This document shows positions 62,270-64,000 of a stretch of 64,000 nt of DNA, piece by piece. Source of the stretch: Bulinus truncatus (taxonomy: Eukaryota); NCBI GenBank assembly GCA_021962125.1, contig JAGDYQ010000001.1, positions 5,463,061 through 5,527,060 on the forward strand, written 5' to 3'. The notes beneath the pieces were generated by a model that was not told the origin of the DNA, searched no databases, and saw only the letters and a program-made list of their open reading frames with translations. A program made the position numbers and the translations under genes. Within the stretch, counting starts at the first letter, position 1; the number at the start of each line of letters is the position of its first letter.

Positions 62270-63240
62270 AATCTAGCCTTTACTACATGGACGTCTACGT
62301 CTAGTCGATACAACATGGACGTCTACGTCTAGTCTATAGAACAAGGACGTCTACGTCTATACAACCTGGACGTCTAGGTCTATACAACCTGGACGTCTAC
62401 GTCCATACAACCTTGACGTCTAAGTCTATACAACCTGGACGTCTAAGTCTAGTCTATACAACCTGGAAGTCTAGTCTATACAACATGGACGTCTACTTCT
62501 ATCACTACAACTTGGACGTCTACGTGTAGTCTATATAACCTGAACATGTACGTCTGGAACCTGGAAGTCTAGTCTATACAACCTGGACGTCCACGTCTAG
62601 TCTATACAACTTGGGCGTCTACGTGTAGTCTATACAACATGGACGTCTACGTCTAGTCTATACAACGTGGACGCCTACATCTAGTCATTACAATATGGAC
62701 GTCTACGTCTAGTTTATACAACATGGACGTCTACGTCTAGTTTATACAACCTGAACGTGTACGTCTAGTCTATACAACGTGGACGCCTACATCTAGTCAT
62801 TACAATATGGACGTCTACGTCTAGTTTATACAACATGGGTGTCTACGTCTAGTCTATACAACCTAGACGTCTACGTCTAGTTTATACAACATGGGTGTCT
62901 ACATCTAGTCTATACAACCTAGACGTCTACGTCTAGTATATACAACATGGACGTCTACGTCTAGTTTATACAACCTGAGCGTGTACGTCTAGTCTACACA
63001 ACCGGAACGTCTACGTCTAGTCTACACAACCTTGTCGTCTACGTCTACTCTACACAACTGAGACGTCTAGTCTAGTCTACACAACCTGGACGTCTGCGTC
63101 TAGTCTACACAACCTGGACGTCTGCGTCTAGTCTACTCAACCTGGACGTCTATGTCTAGTATATACAACCTGGACGTCTACGTCTAGTATATACAACATG
63201 GACGTCTACGTCTAATCTATAAAATCTGGTCGTCTACGTC
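62270..63240. repeat. Satellite, 28-bp unit (CTAGTCTATACAACATGGACGTCTACGT) with 23-bp variant, about 35 copies.
   Basis: Direct reading. Confidence 0.9.
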
Positions 63241-63289
63241 AGCTCTGTACAATCTAAACATCTTCATCAGGTTTATACAAAGTATACTT

Positions 63290-63640
63290 TTACTCAATGC
63301 CAATAATATCTAGACTTAACATTTAGCTCACTCCTAAAACAGGTATATTTAAAAGGTATACTCGACTGGTCTACCCAGCTTTTGGCCAACTCTAACACCA
63401 GGCAACTCAACATTTAGCCCACTGCTACAAGGGGTCTACTCAACAGATCAAGTCTACTCAACATTTAGCCTACTTCTAGTTTATTCAAAAGGCCTACTCA
63501 ATGTTTAACCTGCAACAGGTCTACTCACCATTAGCCCACAACAGGGCCACTAAACATTTAGTTTACTCCTGCAACAGGTCTACTCACCATTTAGCTTACT
63601 CCTACAACATGTCTACTCTAATTTATCGACTTCTAAAACC
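63290..63640. repeat. Degenerate tandem repeat of about 45 bp (CTACTCAACATTTAGCC-like) x ~8.
   Basis: Direct reading. Confidence 0.6.
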
Positions 63641-64000
63641 AGGGCCGGCCTTCAAGGTTGTTAACGATACTCTAAAATTGTATCGTCAATACCGATACCA
63701 CTACTTCATAAAAATAGTATCGCCAATACCAATACAAATACTCAAGTAAAAATGTATTGCCAAAATCGACACTGATACAATACCAATACTTTTGAGAACA
63801 ACAAAATGTTTTTATTTAAAATATAATGAGTGCAAGTTTCTCAAGTTTTTAGAATACATTGTCAAAGCACAATTTTAATGCTAATCACTTCACAACTTGG
63901 CAGCACGTAAGAAGACAATCATTTCAAAATGATCATTGCTTAGCCTAGAACGTATAGGCATAAAAACACGCCCACCCAATGAAACCAGGCGCTCAACTGC

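Overview
This is a eukaryotic (metazoan) nuclear window, not a prokaryotic one. The sequence is AT-rich, carries GT-AG introns and TTAGGG-type telomeric motifs, and is packed with minisatellites and satellites. I found no operons, CRISPR arrays or defence islands. The organising feature is one large plus-strand gene, an ortholog of vault poly(ADP-ribose) polymerase PARP4, running from about 10184 to 56715. I place its exons by direct protein similarity to human PARP4 and by an unbroken chain of matching splice phases and GT/GC-AG signals. The domain order is BRCT, then PARP catalytic, VIT, vWA, a proline-rich block and the MVP-interacting C-terminus. I count about 37 exons, 29 upstream plus 8 downstream. 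Its introns hold at least 14 tandem-repeat arrays, a 3.6-kb 57-bp satellite with higher-order structure, and two foldback (long-TIR) non-autonomous DNA elements. One foldback carries interstitial TTAGGG-like arrays. There is also a young gag-only LTR retroelement with TG..CA ends, a 5-bp TSD, a PBS and a PPT, inserted into one copy of a local tandem duplication. A NEDD8/ubiquitin-like exon ending RLRGGGGK sits in the same splice phase as the upstream PARP4 exon, so I call it a candidate alternative terminal exon. Upstream, a small minus-strand gene (545-1688) has three coding exons for an approximately 170-aa protein I cannot name. Degenerate TE remnants lie at 5.2-8.4 kb. The last 7 kb (57-64 kb) is a mosaic of distinct satellite families that includes an inverted arrangement. 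The organism is probably an invertebrate with TTAGGG telomeres, possibly a mollusc or another lophotrochozoan, but that is a guess. All coordinates were hand-counted from the printed sequence, so splice sites may be off by a few bases.
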